From: Octopus sinensis
Lineage: Eukaryota
Length of the DNA: 64,000 bases
NCBI RefSeq assembly: GCF_006345805.1
Contig: NC_043017.1
Coordinates: 27,714,001-27,778,000, forward strand
Direction: 5' to 3'
Shown: piece by piece, positions 39,961 to 54,232 of the stretch
Position numbering within the stretch: the first letter of the stretch is position 1
Layout: each line of letters opens with the position of its first letter
Notes under the pieces: model-generated
Database searches by the model: none
Told to the model about the DNA's origin: nothing
Seen by the model: only the letters and a program-made list of their open reading frames with translations
Position numbers and translations under genes: made by a program

Positions 39961-40166
39961 CATGATAGATCGTTAGCTCCTACACGCATTTTTTTCTCTC
40001 TTTGTTTCTCTACGTGTTTCTTTTCTGTGTATCTTTCTGTCGAAGAGCGTAGGCTCGAAACGTAAAAGACTTTTTTCTATTTCTATTCCTGAGCGCCATA
40101 CTAATACAATTGTTTGTTTGTACTGCACCTGCCTTTGTCTTTTGTTTATTTTCGTAAACTTTCCCT
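39961..40166 (+). mobile_element. Short Penelope-like element, HHR family 1
   Basis: catgatagatcgttagc..GAAGAGCGTAGGCTCGAAACGTAAAAGAC..aaactttccc followed by TA repeat; three copies in the window. Confidence 0.65.
40032..40069 (+). ncRNA. Hammerhead-like motif, family 1 (A6U, one extra A before helix II)
   Basis: TCTTT CTGTCGA A GAGC-GTAG-GCTC GAAAC GTA AAAGA; helix I TCTTT/AAAGA is perfect. Confidence 0.55.
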
Positions 40167-41263
40167 ATACATATATATATATATATATATGTGTGTGTAT
40201 ACGTACTTATGTACCTGTATGAACATACATACATACATGCGTACATGCATACATACATACCCATGCGTTTAGTTAGCCCAAGGAAGTTAAATAAGCTGAT
40301 CGGTATGCGTACATAAATATATGTTCTTATATATGTTAGGATTACTCAAGGAAGAAGTTCATTATACAACCATAGTCCCCGTTAAATTCAGATATAAAAA
40401 CCCTTTGTAAGATTGGCTTATTACAAAGGAGGGTATCTGAATTATGCTCTCGTATATACCCGAACACTTAGCATTTATGAAGATATTTACTATAAAATTA
40501 CTACATAGAAGTAAATATTGAGAAATTTAACCTATAACTCGATGCAGCAACATAGACGAAATTTAATAAAAGATATTCTTAATTATCTTATCAGTTAATA
40601 TAGTAATTAAAATATTAATAATTGCAGTGCATTTGACATTATTCTTAATAACGACTAGACTGTTCCTGAACAAGCGCAAATTTTAATAAATATTTTTAGA
40701 ATAGAACAAGGAAGCCATTAAAGGATATTACACTGTGTTCTTCGTCGCCAGTCGTATACTCATATACCACATCTGTATTGCCTAAGTCTTTTCCTCTCTT
40801 TACTCAGGGCCCTTTTAGTAAACTTCTGTTAATATGATACCAGTTGTTTCATAGAAATATATTATCACGAATCCATTGTCATCGTGTTGAGAGAATTTTT
40901 ACTATTAAAAGAAAATTTTCACCCACCAATGGTGTGATGATCACTCATTCTACCTTTGGTCGATATTAATGCAATATATAAGTATATAAATAAATACATA
41001 CATATCTAGACACGCACACACACACACATATATGCATACATATATGTGCGTATAAACATAAATGCATAAGACATATATATGTATATGTGTGTGTGTGTAT
41101 GTGTTTTGTACATGTATGCGTGCACGAAAATATATACAATTAAACATATACACATATATGTATATGGATAGGTATATATGCATATATATATGTGCTAATG
41201 TATAAATATGCGTATATATTGTACACGTATATATCTATATACACTCATATTCTACATATATAT

Positions 41264-41310
<47 letters not shown>

Positions 41311-41338
41311 TATATATACACACACACACACTATATTC

Positions 41339-41369
<31 letters not shown>

Positions 41370-41686
41370 GGTATATATATGTATATATACGTATATATGT
41401 GTGTAGATGTTATGTATATATATATATTCATACATATATTTATGACAAATTGAATTATTGATTTTCAATCTACTTCAAATATTAAGCTAAAATCAGACTA
41501 ATGTTCTATTTTTATGGCTCTTTTATTATAGTATATATAATTATTTTGAATATTTTTTCTTGCCTATCCTATTGATATGATATTTTCATTTGTTTTCAAG
41601 AAAAAAATAACCGCATATTTAGAGACAGGATGGGAATTTATAGTTACATATCTGTATATATGAACGAATTACAATTTTTTCTCCAT

Positions 41687-42270
41687 ATATTCGATGTAAA
41701 ATCGTTATACACAGCAGGGGAAAATGGGAATACGCATTCATATGTGTACGTTGGGGTACATATATATGTATGGTCTTCAGTGTATTCCTATATGGTTTTT
41801 ATACGCCAGCCTCTCTATATATATTCATACATACATATTTGTATCTGTATATATCTATATATTTTCTTTCTGAATGTATATGTTTCTGTGTACATATTTC
41901 TATCTTTCTGTACGTATATGTCTATGTATACATATATAGTTCTGTCATTATGCATGTTTGTGTCTCATTGCCTCTCTATATACATTCAATGTAAAATCGT
42001 TATACACCGCGGGGAAGAAAATTGGAATACACATTCACATATGTACGCAGACATACACATATATATGTGTACTCTTGTGTGTATCTCTCTACGCTTTTTA
42101 TACGTCAGCCTCTTTGTTATATTCATACATATATACTTGTGTCTGTATGTATCTACATATACTTCTGTCTTACTGTATGTATCTACATATATCTACATAT
42201 ACTTCTGTCTTTCTGTACGTATCTATCTATGTATATATATATGTAGCCCTGTCTCTATGTATGTTTGCAC
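41687..42270. repeat. Diverged tandem duplication, ~295-bp unit x2
   Basis: attc.atgtaaaatcgttatacac.gc.gggg at 41687 and 41982; tttttatacg.cagcctct in both. Confidence 0.82.
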
Positions 42271-42737
42271 CTCATTTTCTTTTTTTGTGAATGTGTGTGT
42301 GTGTGTATAGTTATACGTATGTGGATTTGTGCGAATATGAATCTATACGTGTGCCTTTTTACCGCACAAGTTTGAATTTGTATTGATCAAAGTATATGTT
42401 CTATGTCTATTTCAATGTGTTTAGACATCTTTAGGGATAGATGTTATCTCGCCTTATCTTCATATCATGTGTAAGTACGTCTGCGATTTTTAGTTCCAGG
42501 TATAAATTAGTGATGATAGTACCTATTTCACAGACGTGACATCTCCGTGCCATGCAGTAACCAGCAGATTAGCAATCAGTTATCATCTACCTCGATTTAT
42601 CATAACACATCAACACTCATCCAACCAGCTTTCGATCTAGGCACTGTCTTGTCAGGAAAAGGATTGTGTAGTCATCCACCATTTTATAACTCTCATTCCA
42701 TCTCGGTAACAATCTCTATATATGTCTGTCGTAGCTG

Positions 42738-43236
<499 letters not shown>

Positions 43237-43456
43237 CTGACTGACGGATGTGATGTCGTTTCGGCTCCGAAGGTAATCATTTATTTTGACTATTTAAAAG
43301 TGTATATTGACAACATTTTTTGCTTAAAAGTTGTACAACAACATCCACTGTAAACCTTTGATAAATATCACACAAAATTTTGCCCCTTGTGGGCAAAATT
43401 TAAAAGAAAAAATTCTCATAGCCTTCGTGGTTTCATTTAGCCATTTTATTTCCAAA

Positions 43457-45597
43457 ATGGCCACTGGCCACCACGAGGCTGAGTTGCAAGTGAAGCGTGA
43501 CGCAGAAACAGAAAAACAGGATGCCCTGTTAGCATACGCCGAACCTGACAACAACTCCACCACCACCAACAGCAACAAATACAAAACAAAGGTCGCAAGG
43601 CCAAGCACCGTCAACACCATCAGTGAGTCCACCACCACCACCAACACCATGGCAGAATCTGCTACTAAAACTGCTATCCCTACTAAAGATATCGCCACCA
43701 ATAACATCACCATCACCGTCACCAAAGACCGTGCTGTCAATGCTACTAATACTAAACACCACCGCCGTCACCAAGAACGACAATAACAACAACAACAACG
43801 ACGACGACACAACAATTCCCTTCAACCACTGCTCACTCCATCACCAACAAGTGAAAAAATAACGACGACAAGCAAACGAAATGTCGAATTTTGCCCTAGT
43901 GCAGGACTAAAGTACGCAGGCAATTTTCCACCCCTTCCTACTTGCACGATCGAACCTAACACACCAATTTTACAAACTGCAGCCAACAACAACACCACCA
44001 CAAGCAACAACAATAACAAAACAACAACAAATTTCGCTGAGGCGATTAAAGAAAAAAAAACAACAATATACTTTACGGCTCAACAATTACAGGACACGAA
44101 CATCAAAATAACAGAATCAGAAGGTATCGTAAAATTAACATACCAGAAGATATTTTGGAAAATGAAAAAAGACGAACAATCATTTATAAAATAGTTAACA
44201 AAAAAACAAAAATCCCAGAGAAGGCCAACACAGCAAAATAGAGAAGTGCTTGAAACCCATCTGGGATCACAAAGAATATGTAACCTGGTGGAACAAATTT
44301 GCCCACATACAAGTCGTTTTCTACACCGAAGAGTTAGCTAGACATTTCTCAACGCTAACTCTTCACTCAGATGAACTCCAACTTACACCAAGCTATCGGG
44401 GACAGAAAGTGACTAAGATCACTCTAAACAATGTCCCCAAAATAGCCAATAGTCTATGGCTTGTAAAGGCTTTATGCGTAAAAATGGCGAATTATACTAT
44501 TTTGGAAACCACAGTCACAGAGCATAAAAACTGGGTGGGAAAGAAAATAGAATTTCTTCTACATATACATCATGAAGATATAAAAAAAATACCCACCCAG
44601 ATATGTGTATCAGACGACCACAAGTTATATGTGGTCGTCGATGGCAGAAGACCACGTTGTTACATATGCGGCAGTGAGCAACACTCAAAAAAGACTGCAA
44701 ATCTGCCGCAAGAAAACAACAGCAACAACAACAGCAGCCGGAAACAAAAACAAATAAACAAGGTTTACTACCACACCACTTTTTGCAGGAACAAACCTCA
44801 CCAAACAAACAACCACACAACTGCAGCACCAAGAACAGAAGCAGCATCACCAACAACAACAACCAAGAATATACCAACTCCCAAACCAAGGACATCTGCC
44901 AAAAAGACACCCAGCATAAATGAAGAAACAATTACAACTCCAAATCCCCACAAAATTGACACCCTAAACAACACAACAATACCCACAATCACTCAAACAC
45001 AAAATACCCAAACCCCACATCCAAAACCGCATACACCACAACCAAACGCTCACCAACCCCACCAACAACAAAACCAACACAGTCGACAATAGACCCCAAT
45101 ACTTTCCCTCTTCCAGACTCCGATTCGTCTGATCTGTCATTAGACGAAGAAGACACGGAAGATTGGCAAATAGCCACAGGGGGGAGAAGAAAAAGGGGAA
45201 AAAAAGAAAAGAAAAAAAAACAAACAAAGCGGGAAGATACACCACTCCCGAAACAAAAACATCCACAGAAAACACACACATCAACACAAACACACCATCA
45301 TCAAACCCCCCAAAAATGTTGACAGCCATAAACACAAACAACCACGACCTAATGGAACACATTAGGTCAAACACTAACATTACTGAAAACGACATAAAAA
45401 CAAGTAACCACCCACACACAACACCACCACAACACATTAAAATAATACACGTGACACAGAACACATACAGCACCCTGAAATCTCTTTACCCTGATGCAGT
45501 AGGGAGATTTCAAAAGTACTCATCAAAAAAACTGTACAAAAGCCTCATAGAAGAAGACCGTGAGGTGAAAGACAAAGAACTTTCGAAAGACAAGTAA
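43457..45597 (+). pseudogene. LINE ORF1 (nucleic-acid-binding, CCHC zinc knuckle), frameshifted in this assembly
   Basis: ATG at 43457 (MATGHHEAELQVK..), Thr/Asn-rich N-terminus, TNFAEAIKEKK, KVTKITLNNVP (RRM-like), LYVVVDGRRPRCYICGSEQH-x-KKDC (CX2CX4HX4C across a 1-bp frameshift near 44685), acidic then basic tract DSDSSDLSLDEED..KKKGKKRK; TAA at 45595-45597. Confidence 0.78.
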
Positions 45598-45639
45598 CCT
45601 TTTCTCTCTCCTTTTCCTTTTTTGCACTTTTATCGGAAC

Positions 45640-48600
45640 ATGCTCAGAATAGGTAGTATAAATGTACGTGGCTTGGGGTCGCCTTGGAAACAAGGCTACC
45701 TGTTAAATGACATCAAGTCACTAAATCTGAATATCATAGCCATCAGTGAGACCAGACTCCACAGCTTGCGGGCACTCCAGCACATTTTCGGTACACATTT
45801 CAACATTTATTTTTCTCCGTGTCTACCGAGAATGGGCGGAGGTGGCACCGCGGTGCTTATCCGGAAGAGTCTGGATCTCAAAGTAAGAGCAAATTTCCTA
45901 GACCCGAGGGTAGGCTGGTCGTTTTGGATGTCGATGGCAGCAATGAGTGTGCTTTTCGACTGATAGCAGTTTATGCTCCGTCCTTAACAGGCCGACCAGA
46001 TTTCTTTCGACGTCTAGAGTCTTTCATGGGAACGTCTCGTCCTTTACTTTTAGTGGGGGATTGGAATGCCACCCTGGACACGCATCTAGACTACGTGGGC
46101 AGAGATAGCAATAGAAGGGGATGCAAATGCCTCAAAGACCTGCTCAGACGTTTCCAACTGTCTGACAGGTACCGACTGGACCACCCGAATGTGCCAATGT
46201 GGACATGGAGTAACCGCATCGGGTCGTCCAGATCATACTTAGATAGAGTATTCTGTAGGACAATAGATAAAAATAGTGTAGGTTGTCCACAATTTCATAT
46301 AGTCAGTTACACAGATCACAAGTTTGTGACTTGTACACTTGACTTAGATAAGACACATAGGCAGGGTCCTGGTTACTGGAAACTGAACGCGTCTTTTACA
46401 GCACGACAGGTTTACAGGGACCGGATCAGCACATTAGTTAAGAGAGCTTTAACGGGTACCATCATCAACAACAGATGGTGGTATGCCCTAAAAAAAGCGA
46501 TTAAAGCAGAATCAGTCAGATACAGTAGAGCCCTAGCATTAGACCGAAATAGAGTAGAGGGAGAATTAGTTAAGGTTTTAGAAGAGGCACTTAGAACTGG
46601 CATCGCGTCCAACGTACTGGCGGCGAGATTGGCCCTCGACCAACACCTCAACGCCAAACACGAGGGATGCGTTGTCAGAGCTAGGATGCGTGCTCTGAGG
46701 AACGAAGGAGTTGGAGCCGCCCAAGAGGCCCGAGTGGTGGAGACGCAACGAGGCAACAGAGCCACCATCAAGTCTCTTATAGATGAACAGGGGCGCGAAT
46801 TGCTCGAGCCTAAAAGGATGTGTGGGGTTTTTCAACAACACTTCACCCAACTGTTTGGGACAAGTGGTGAGTCAGAAAGCAGAGTGGACTTTAGTGCCTA
46901 CCTGCATGCCTTGCCACGACTCTCAGCAAGGGAGGTGGAGTCTTGTGAAAAGCCTATCACAGCTGCGGACGTACAGGATGCGATGGTAGGCTGCGCGAGA
47001 GACAAGTCACCAGGCTTGGATGGTCTGCCCTACGAATTTTATTTTCATATGCCAGACTTGTTTGGAGGCGTCTTGGCAGCTGTCTACTGCAACTGGCAGC
47101 AGAACGGGAGTATTCCTGCTTTTGTAAAGCGAGGAGCAGTGGCACTGATCAAGAAAGACCCAAACAAGGGGGACGTCATAGATAATTTCAGGCCCATCAC
47201 TCTGCTCAACGCAGATTTGAAAATTTTGGCCAAGGTGTTAGCCGAGAGGTTGGCGCTTGTCATCAAGAAACTAATCGACAAGGCGCAAACATGCGCCGTG
47301 CCGGGTAGAAGTATTCATGACAACCTCCATCTGATGCGCTACATCATAGACAGGGTAGTTAAAAATCCTGGCATGGGTGGGGCGCTGATCAATTTGGATC
47401 AATCAAAAGCCTTCGATAGGGTAGACCATCACTACTTGGAGGCTGTCCTCAAAGCGGCTGGTTTCGGTCCAGTTTTCCGCGGTTGGATCGCTGCCTTATA
47501 CAGCGGCATCCGCTCAGTAGTTCGCGTAAATGGTCATCTATCCAGACCTTTTAACATCATGCGTTCGGTTCGTCAGGGATGCCCCCTCTCATCGCTGCTG
47601 TATGTACTGACTCTTGAGCCACTACTGCGGAAACTGGCGACGCTGAGGGGCATCCCACGAGAGCTGGGATGCGGGAGGAGCGTGTCTGCATACGCGGATG
47701 ACGTCACCGTCATAGTGTCGAGCTACGAGCACATCGAGCTGGTCGGCGAGACACTGAAAGAATACGAAGCGGTAACGGGAGCAAAAATTAACCGGGAAAA
47801 GTCAGTGGGCTTGCGGCTCGGCACCTGGAGAAGCAAGCCCATGCCGTCCAACAGCGTCTCCATCGTGGGACGCTGGACGGACGGACCGGTTAAATTGCTC
47901 GGGGTCTGGTTCGGTCCGGACCTCCAAATGGAGAAGAACTGGGGCGAGATAACGACTAGGGTGGCTACTCTCACCCAGAAATGGACTGAGAGAAAGCTAT
48001 CCCTAAAAGGTCGGGCGGAGGTGGCGAACGCGTACATCGCATCCGTCATCGAGTATCGTCTGACCGTCGTGCCTTGTCCCGACCCTACCATCACCAAACT
48101 GGAACGCATACTCTTCCGCTTCTTGTGGAAGGAAACGTTCCGATGGTTAGGCGATCCATTTGCTGCCAACACCCGCTAAATGGAGGGCTGGGCATGCCGT
48201 GGTTGATGATGCGCAGACATGCGCTGAGACTGCGACATCTCCGGCGCTTCATAGACAACGGTGAACAGGGGTGGTCGCCTTTTGTGCGGCGCGCTTTCCC
48301 GCAGCTCGTCTCCTTGGACGAACTACAGTCATGGATCAAGCAGAGACCGAGGCTAGGCGAATGGCACCGTGAGTGTCGCGTTGCTCTCAAGCAACTCTGC
48401 CGTCCGGGATCGAACTTGTGCGACTCCATCACAACAAAGGCATTCTATAGAGGATTAGTGGAGGGGAGGTGCGACGACGAACTCGGGCAGAGTCTGGGCG
48501 TCGACGAGGAACACCTGACCCGCCTGTTCAGGACAACTTTCGGGCCGGGACCTATGAACAATCACCAAAGATCCCTGGCCTGGCAGTGCTATCGAGAAGC

Positions 48601-49075
48601 ATTACCTGTTCGGGATAAGCTCTACAGACACGGTTCCAGACACACTGGACCGACTTGCCCGAGATGCGGTCAGAGCGACGAAACCGTTCTGCACGCACTC
48701 GTGCAATGTCCAACCATTTCCGACCTGTGGGCTTATGCCGAACGGCTGCTGTCACGTGTGGGACGAATCCGCCTATCGGCCGAGTCTATCGTGAGAATTG
48801 CTCCGCCCCCTTCCCTCAACCGGGAAGGCAAGGCAGTTTTCATCGTACTGGTGGCCATGGTGAAAGAATGTGTGTGGTGGACTCGAGCGAAAGGATTAGA
48901 GACAAACACTTACCTCTCTGGCCAATCGCTCATCAACTTTTTCAAGTACCACTTGAAAAGGAAGGTGAGAATGGAGAGGGAAGTTTTGTCTCGCGAAAGA
49001 TTCAAAAAAAGATGGGTGAATGTTGCAAAGATGGTGCGTGCTAGTAACGAAACCATTTTGAGCATGATCCTGTAG
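45640..49075 (+). CDS. LINE ORF2: APE endonuclease + reverse transcriptase + zinc-finger domain; two 1-bp frameshifts (~45906, ~48132)
   Basis: EN motifs GSINVRGL, IAISET, IAVYAP, VGDWNA, SYLDRVF; RT motifs FRPITLLNADLKILAK, NLDQSKAFDRV, SVRQGCPLS, SAYADDVTV; FRFLWK/GGLGMP; CPRCGQSDETVLHALVQC. Pieces 45622-45963, 45819-48179 and 48074-49075 join with single-base shifts and no in-frame stops. Confidence 0.92.
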
Positions 49076-49376
49076 ATCGTAAAAAAGAAAAAAAGAGAGC
49101 ATTTTTGACCTCATGTGTTTATTTCCTCCCTGACTGGGGTTCCCGTGGTCTTTTCTGTAGGCTTTTCTTCCCACGGATGAACCCAATCTTGTTATATCAA
49201 TGTTTACACCATTATTTCTGTGATACACGATTTTCTTTTTCCTTTTTTTTTCCTCCTCTCGATCCCTTTTGATCGCAATCTTACATTTTTTTATTTTTTT
49301 CCACCCTCGAAAAGAAAAGCTCTGCATTTGTATTTGTCCCCTCTGTATTCAGCCCTGTGTGGCTAATAAAAGAAAG

Positions 49377-50437
<1,061 letters not shown>

Positions 50438-50589
50438 ATCATACGCTCGTGCTCACACATTTATGTGGTCAAATGTCTGTCTACATACTTGCCTGCGACT
50501 ATGTTCGAGTAAATGTGTGTCTATGTCTATCTCTGTGAATTTGAATATGTGCAAACACTAATATGCAGAAAATCTGGCTGCGAGGAAGT

Positions 50590-51520
50590 GTATATGTACA
50601 CACACGCAACATACACACACACACACACATATATATATATACATATATTTAAATATGTATGTTTATGTATATATGCATATATATGTATATATATATATCA
50701 AAATATATATATGTATATGTATTTATATATGTATATAATATGTATTTATATATGTTATATATTGTAATGTATATATATATGTATATGTATATATATATGT
50801 TGTATATTATGTGTGTATATATATATGTGTGTATATATGTGTATGTGTGTATATATGTGTGTGTATATATGTGTATATATATATGTGTGTATATATAAGT
50901 ATGTGTATATATATAAATATATTCGTATGTATCTCTGACTCCCTCTCCCAGTCTCTTTCCTTTTCTCTCTTCCCTCTCTCTCTCTATCTCACCCCCTCTC
51001 TCTCTATCTCTCTCTCTCTATATATGTATATATATATATATATAATTATATATATTCTCATGGGTGCGTATCCGTGTGCTTCTACTCAGGTTTTCATGTG
51101 CCTCTGTACAATGCACAGAAATAGATGCTACATTCTGTGTATATATGTGTGGATCTGTTTATTGCCAGCGTTTTTTATACAATGGATTTATGGGAATCAT
51201 TTATTGATCTTTGGAATAAATTGAATTTTAGAGTCAATCACAGACATGTAGTCTATTAAACTACAATGTTGATGCCGCAACCATTTTAGACAAAAACTAA
51301 ATGTGTGGAAGTGTTTTTTTTTTGTGTGTGCTTTTGTTAATTTTCTATAAAGAGTAACTCACATTTCAAGTATTAATGTTATTACCAAATGTAAAATATC
51401 AAAATATACAAAACACACACTATCTGGATTATAAGAGACCATTAATATATGTATGTATATATATATATATAATATATATGTGTGTGTATATATATATATG
51501 TGTGTATATATATGTGCGTG

Positions 51521-51559
<39 letters not shown>

Positions 51560-51985
51560 GTGCGTGTATATATATGTGCGTATATATATATATGTATATG
51601 TATATATGTGTGTGTATATATGTGTGTGTATATATGTGTGTGTATATGTGTGTATACATATGTGTATATATATATTTGTGTATATATATATGTGTGTATA
51701 TATATGTGTATATATATATATGTGTGTATGTATATGTATAATGTGTATATATATATATGTGTGTATGTATATGTATATATATATATGTGTGTATGTATAT
51801 GTATATATGTATATATATATTTGTATGTATATATGTATGTGCATGCATATGTGTATATATATGCATGTATATATATATATATGTATATATATATACGCAC
51901 ATTTATTCATGTTACTACATATATATGCATACATACATATATATATATATATATAATATATAATATATATATATATATTCATATT
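50590..51985. repeat. TA/TG compound microsatellite blocks (50590-50920, 51445-51985)
   Basis: Direct reading. Confidence 0.92.
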
Positions 51986-53170
51986 TACATAAAAGTTGCA
52001 TAGATATTTACATTAGTGCAAGTATAATATGTATACATATACGACCACGAACGTTTTCACATCACAAAAAAAAAATTCGGTTTTATGCGTGTTACCATGC
52101 TTTATGGAAAACCCGATTCTATTCTGTTTTTAGCCAAATATCCAGGGTGTTTCTGTTTGCACATTTTAACGTAAATTTAGAGCAATTTGTTTGGAACAAT
52201 AAATTTCTCATATCCACCATCACCGTATCCTGATAGCTATTTTGGCTAGTATTTCCGCTTCATTATAACAGCCATTATATAAGTGTGTCTTAACATAACT
52301 TTGCAACAAATGCTACTCTCTCTCTTTATCTCTATAATTTTTCCCTTCCCATCCCCTCTCTCTCTCCCTCACAATCTCTCTCCCTCACAATCTCTCTATG
52401 TCTATCTATCTATCTGTCTATGTATATAAACTTATTTATCTTTTTCTCCCACATTCACACACACACGCGCAAATACGCACACTTACATATGTATACGTAG
52501 ATATGCATATATACATACACACCCATGCACACACACACATTATGTATATATCTATATATATGTATATATATGTATGTATATATCTATATATATGTATATA
52601 TATGTATGTATATATCTATATATATGTATATATATGTATGTATATATCTCTCTCTCTATATATATATGTATTTATGTATGTATATATCTATATATATGTA
52701 TTTATGTATGTTCATGTATGTTTTTGTATTTGTATGGTTATGTATATGTGAATCATAATATTTGAAGAGGAATGAGAAGTTAATATATTTATTCAGCCAC
52801 TTGACACCCGTAACGTTACAGCTGTTTCACACCAGTCTTCATGAAATAATAGTTTCAGTGTATAATACGTTATGTTCACATGTCCGCATTTATATGCTTG
52901 CACCTCGTTCTATAATACAACTCTATATATATTCACAAAGCAATGCAAATAAAGTGAGCTAGCACATCAGATCACCAATGATTAAAACTCTGAGAGTACA
53001 AATGAAATTGCGTCTTTTACATATATAAAAATATTGATTGGAAGACAGATCAGCTAAAATGAGCTTGCTATAGTCCGTAATGTGAATATATTTCGATTCA
53101 TATCAAATGAGAGGCTACATGAAGCCCTTGCAAATTGATCATAATTAATGTTAGATAAAAATTAATAAAC

Positions 53171-53408
53171 AGGCACTGTTTTGTGAATAAAAGGATTGTG
53201 TAGTCATCCACCATTTTATAACTCTCATTTCATCTTGGTAACAATCTCTATACATGTCTGTCAGTATGCCTGTCCATCTATGTATGTATATATATATCTT
53301 TCTATCTCTCTATCTAACGATACACTCGTGCGCGTGTGCACGCACACACACACATGTATGTGGTCAAATATCTGTCTACATATCTGCCTGCGACTATGTC
53401 CGAGTAAA
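53171..53408 (+). repeat. Unoccupied paralog of the Tx1 insertion locus
   Basis: 53171-53265 matches 42639-42737 (aggcactgt..aaggattgtgtagtcatccaccattttataactctcatt..); 53310-53408 matches 50431-50513 (tatctaa..atgtggtcaaat.tctgtctacata..tgcctgcgactatgt.cgagtaaa); only a short degenerate TATC-like tract between them. Confidence 0.88.
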
Positions 53409-53733
53409 AGGAAAACATGATGCAAAAATAGAGTAAATATAAGGAAATTAGACAGCGACCATGCTGGAGTAGCGTCTTGTAGAATTTATAGTCAAATAGA
53501 TCGATCCTAGTAATTGGATAGTAAAATCTTGAAGACTTATGGCTGTCGCAAAGATGTGTTGTGGGAACGAGCTTATAACGATATATACAAGATCGAGGAT
53601 TTAATAAGCGTTCCGGAATAACGACTACATTTTGTCATAAAGATTATAAACTACAACATAATGATGATGCCGAAGACAAAGGGATGATGTGAAAATAGAA
53701 GAGGAGGATAAGAGAGGGGAAAAGGTTGTTGAT

Positions 53734-53910
53734 AGGCGCTGAAGTGGCTGTGTGGTAAGTAGCTAGCTTACCAACCACATGGCCCCGGGTTCAGTCCCAC
53801 TGCGTGGCACCTTGGGCAAGTATCTTCTACTATAGTCTCGGGCCGACCAAAGCCATGAGCCTCGATTTCGTAGACGAAAACTGAAAGAAGCCCATTGTAT
53901 ATATGTATAT

Positions 53911-53941
<31 letters not shown>

Positions 53942-53974
53942 CATATATGTACACACATACACACACACAAATAC

Positions 53975-54012
<38 letters not shown>

Positions 54013-54232
54013 CTGTGTGTGTGTGTGTCTGTGTTTGTCCCCTCAACATCGCTGGACAACCGATGCTGGTGTGTTTACGTCCACGTAGCTTAGCGGCTCG
54101 GCAAAAGAAACCGATAGAATAAGTACTAGGTTTACAAAGAATAACTCCTGGGGTCCATTTGCTCGACTAAAGGCGGTGCTCCAGCATGGCCGCAGTCAAA
54201 TGACTGAAACAAGTAAAAGAGAGTAAAAGAGT
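53734..54232 (+). mobile_element. SINE family A, full length
   Basis: Head, central domain, ~160-bp internal (TA/CA/TG) tract and (TAAAAGAG) tail. Confidence 0.92.

Larger units (their letters stand above)
43237..49376 (+). mobile_element. Near full-length Tx1-clade (L1 superfamily) non-LTR retrotransposon inserted in a (TATC)n array
   Basis: 5'UTR from 43237, ORF1 with CCHC knuckle, 42-bp inter-ORF spacer, ORF2 with APE endonuclease, RT and C-terminal CxxC..HxxxxC motif, 3'UTR ending AATAAAAGAAAG (49365-49376); (TATC)n on both sides. Confidence 0.93.

Noticed and set aside
43237-43456. Possible ribozyme (HDV-like or hammerhead) in the LINE 5'UTR
   Set aside because: GAAAC occurs on the minus strand but without a CUGANGA core; I could not fold a nested double pseudoknot by eye.
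44515-49327. Antisense and alternate-frame ORFs inside the LINE
   Set aside because: Shadows of the GC-richer ORF1/ORF2; no independent motifs.
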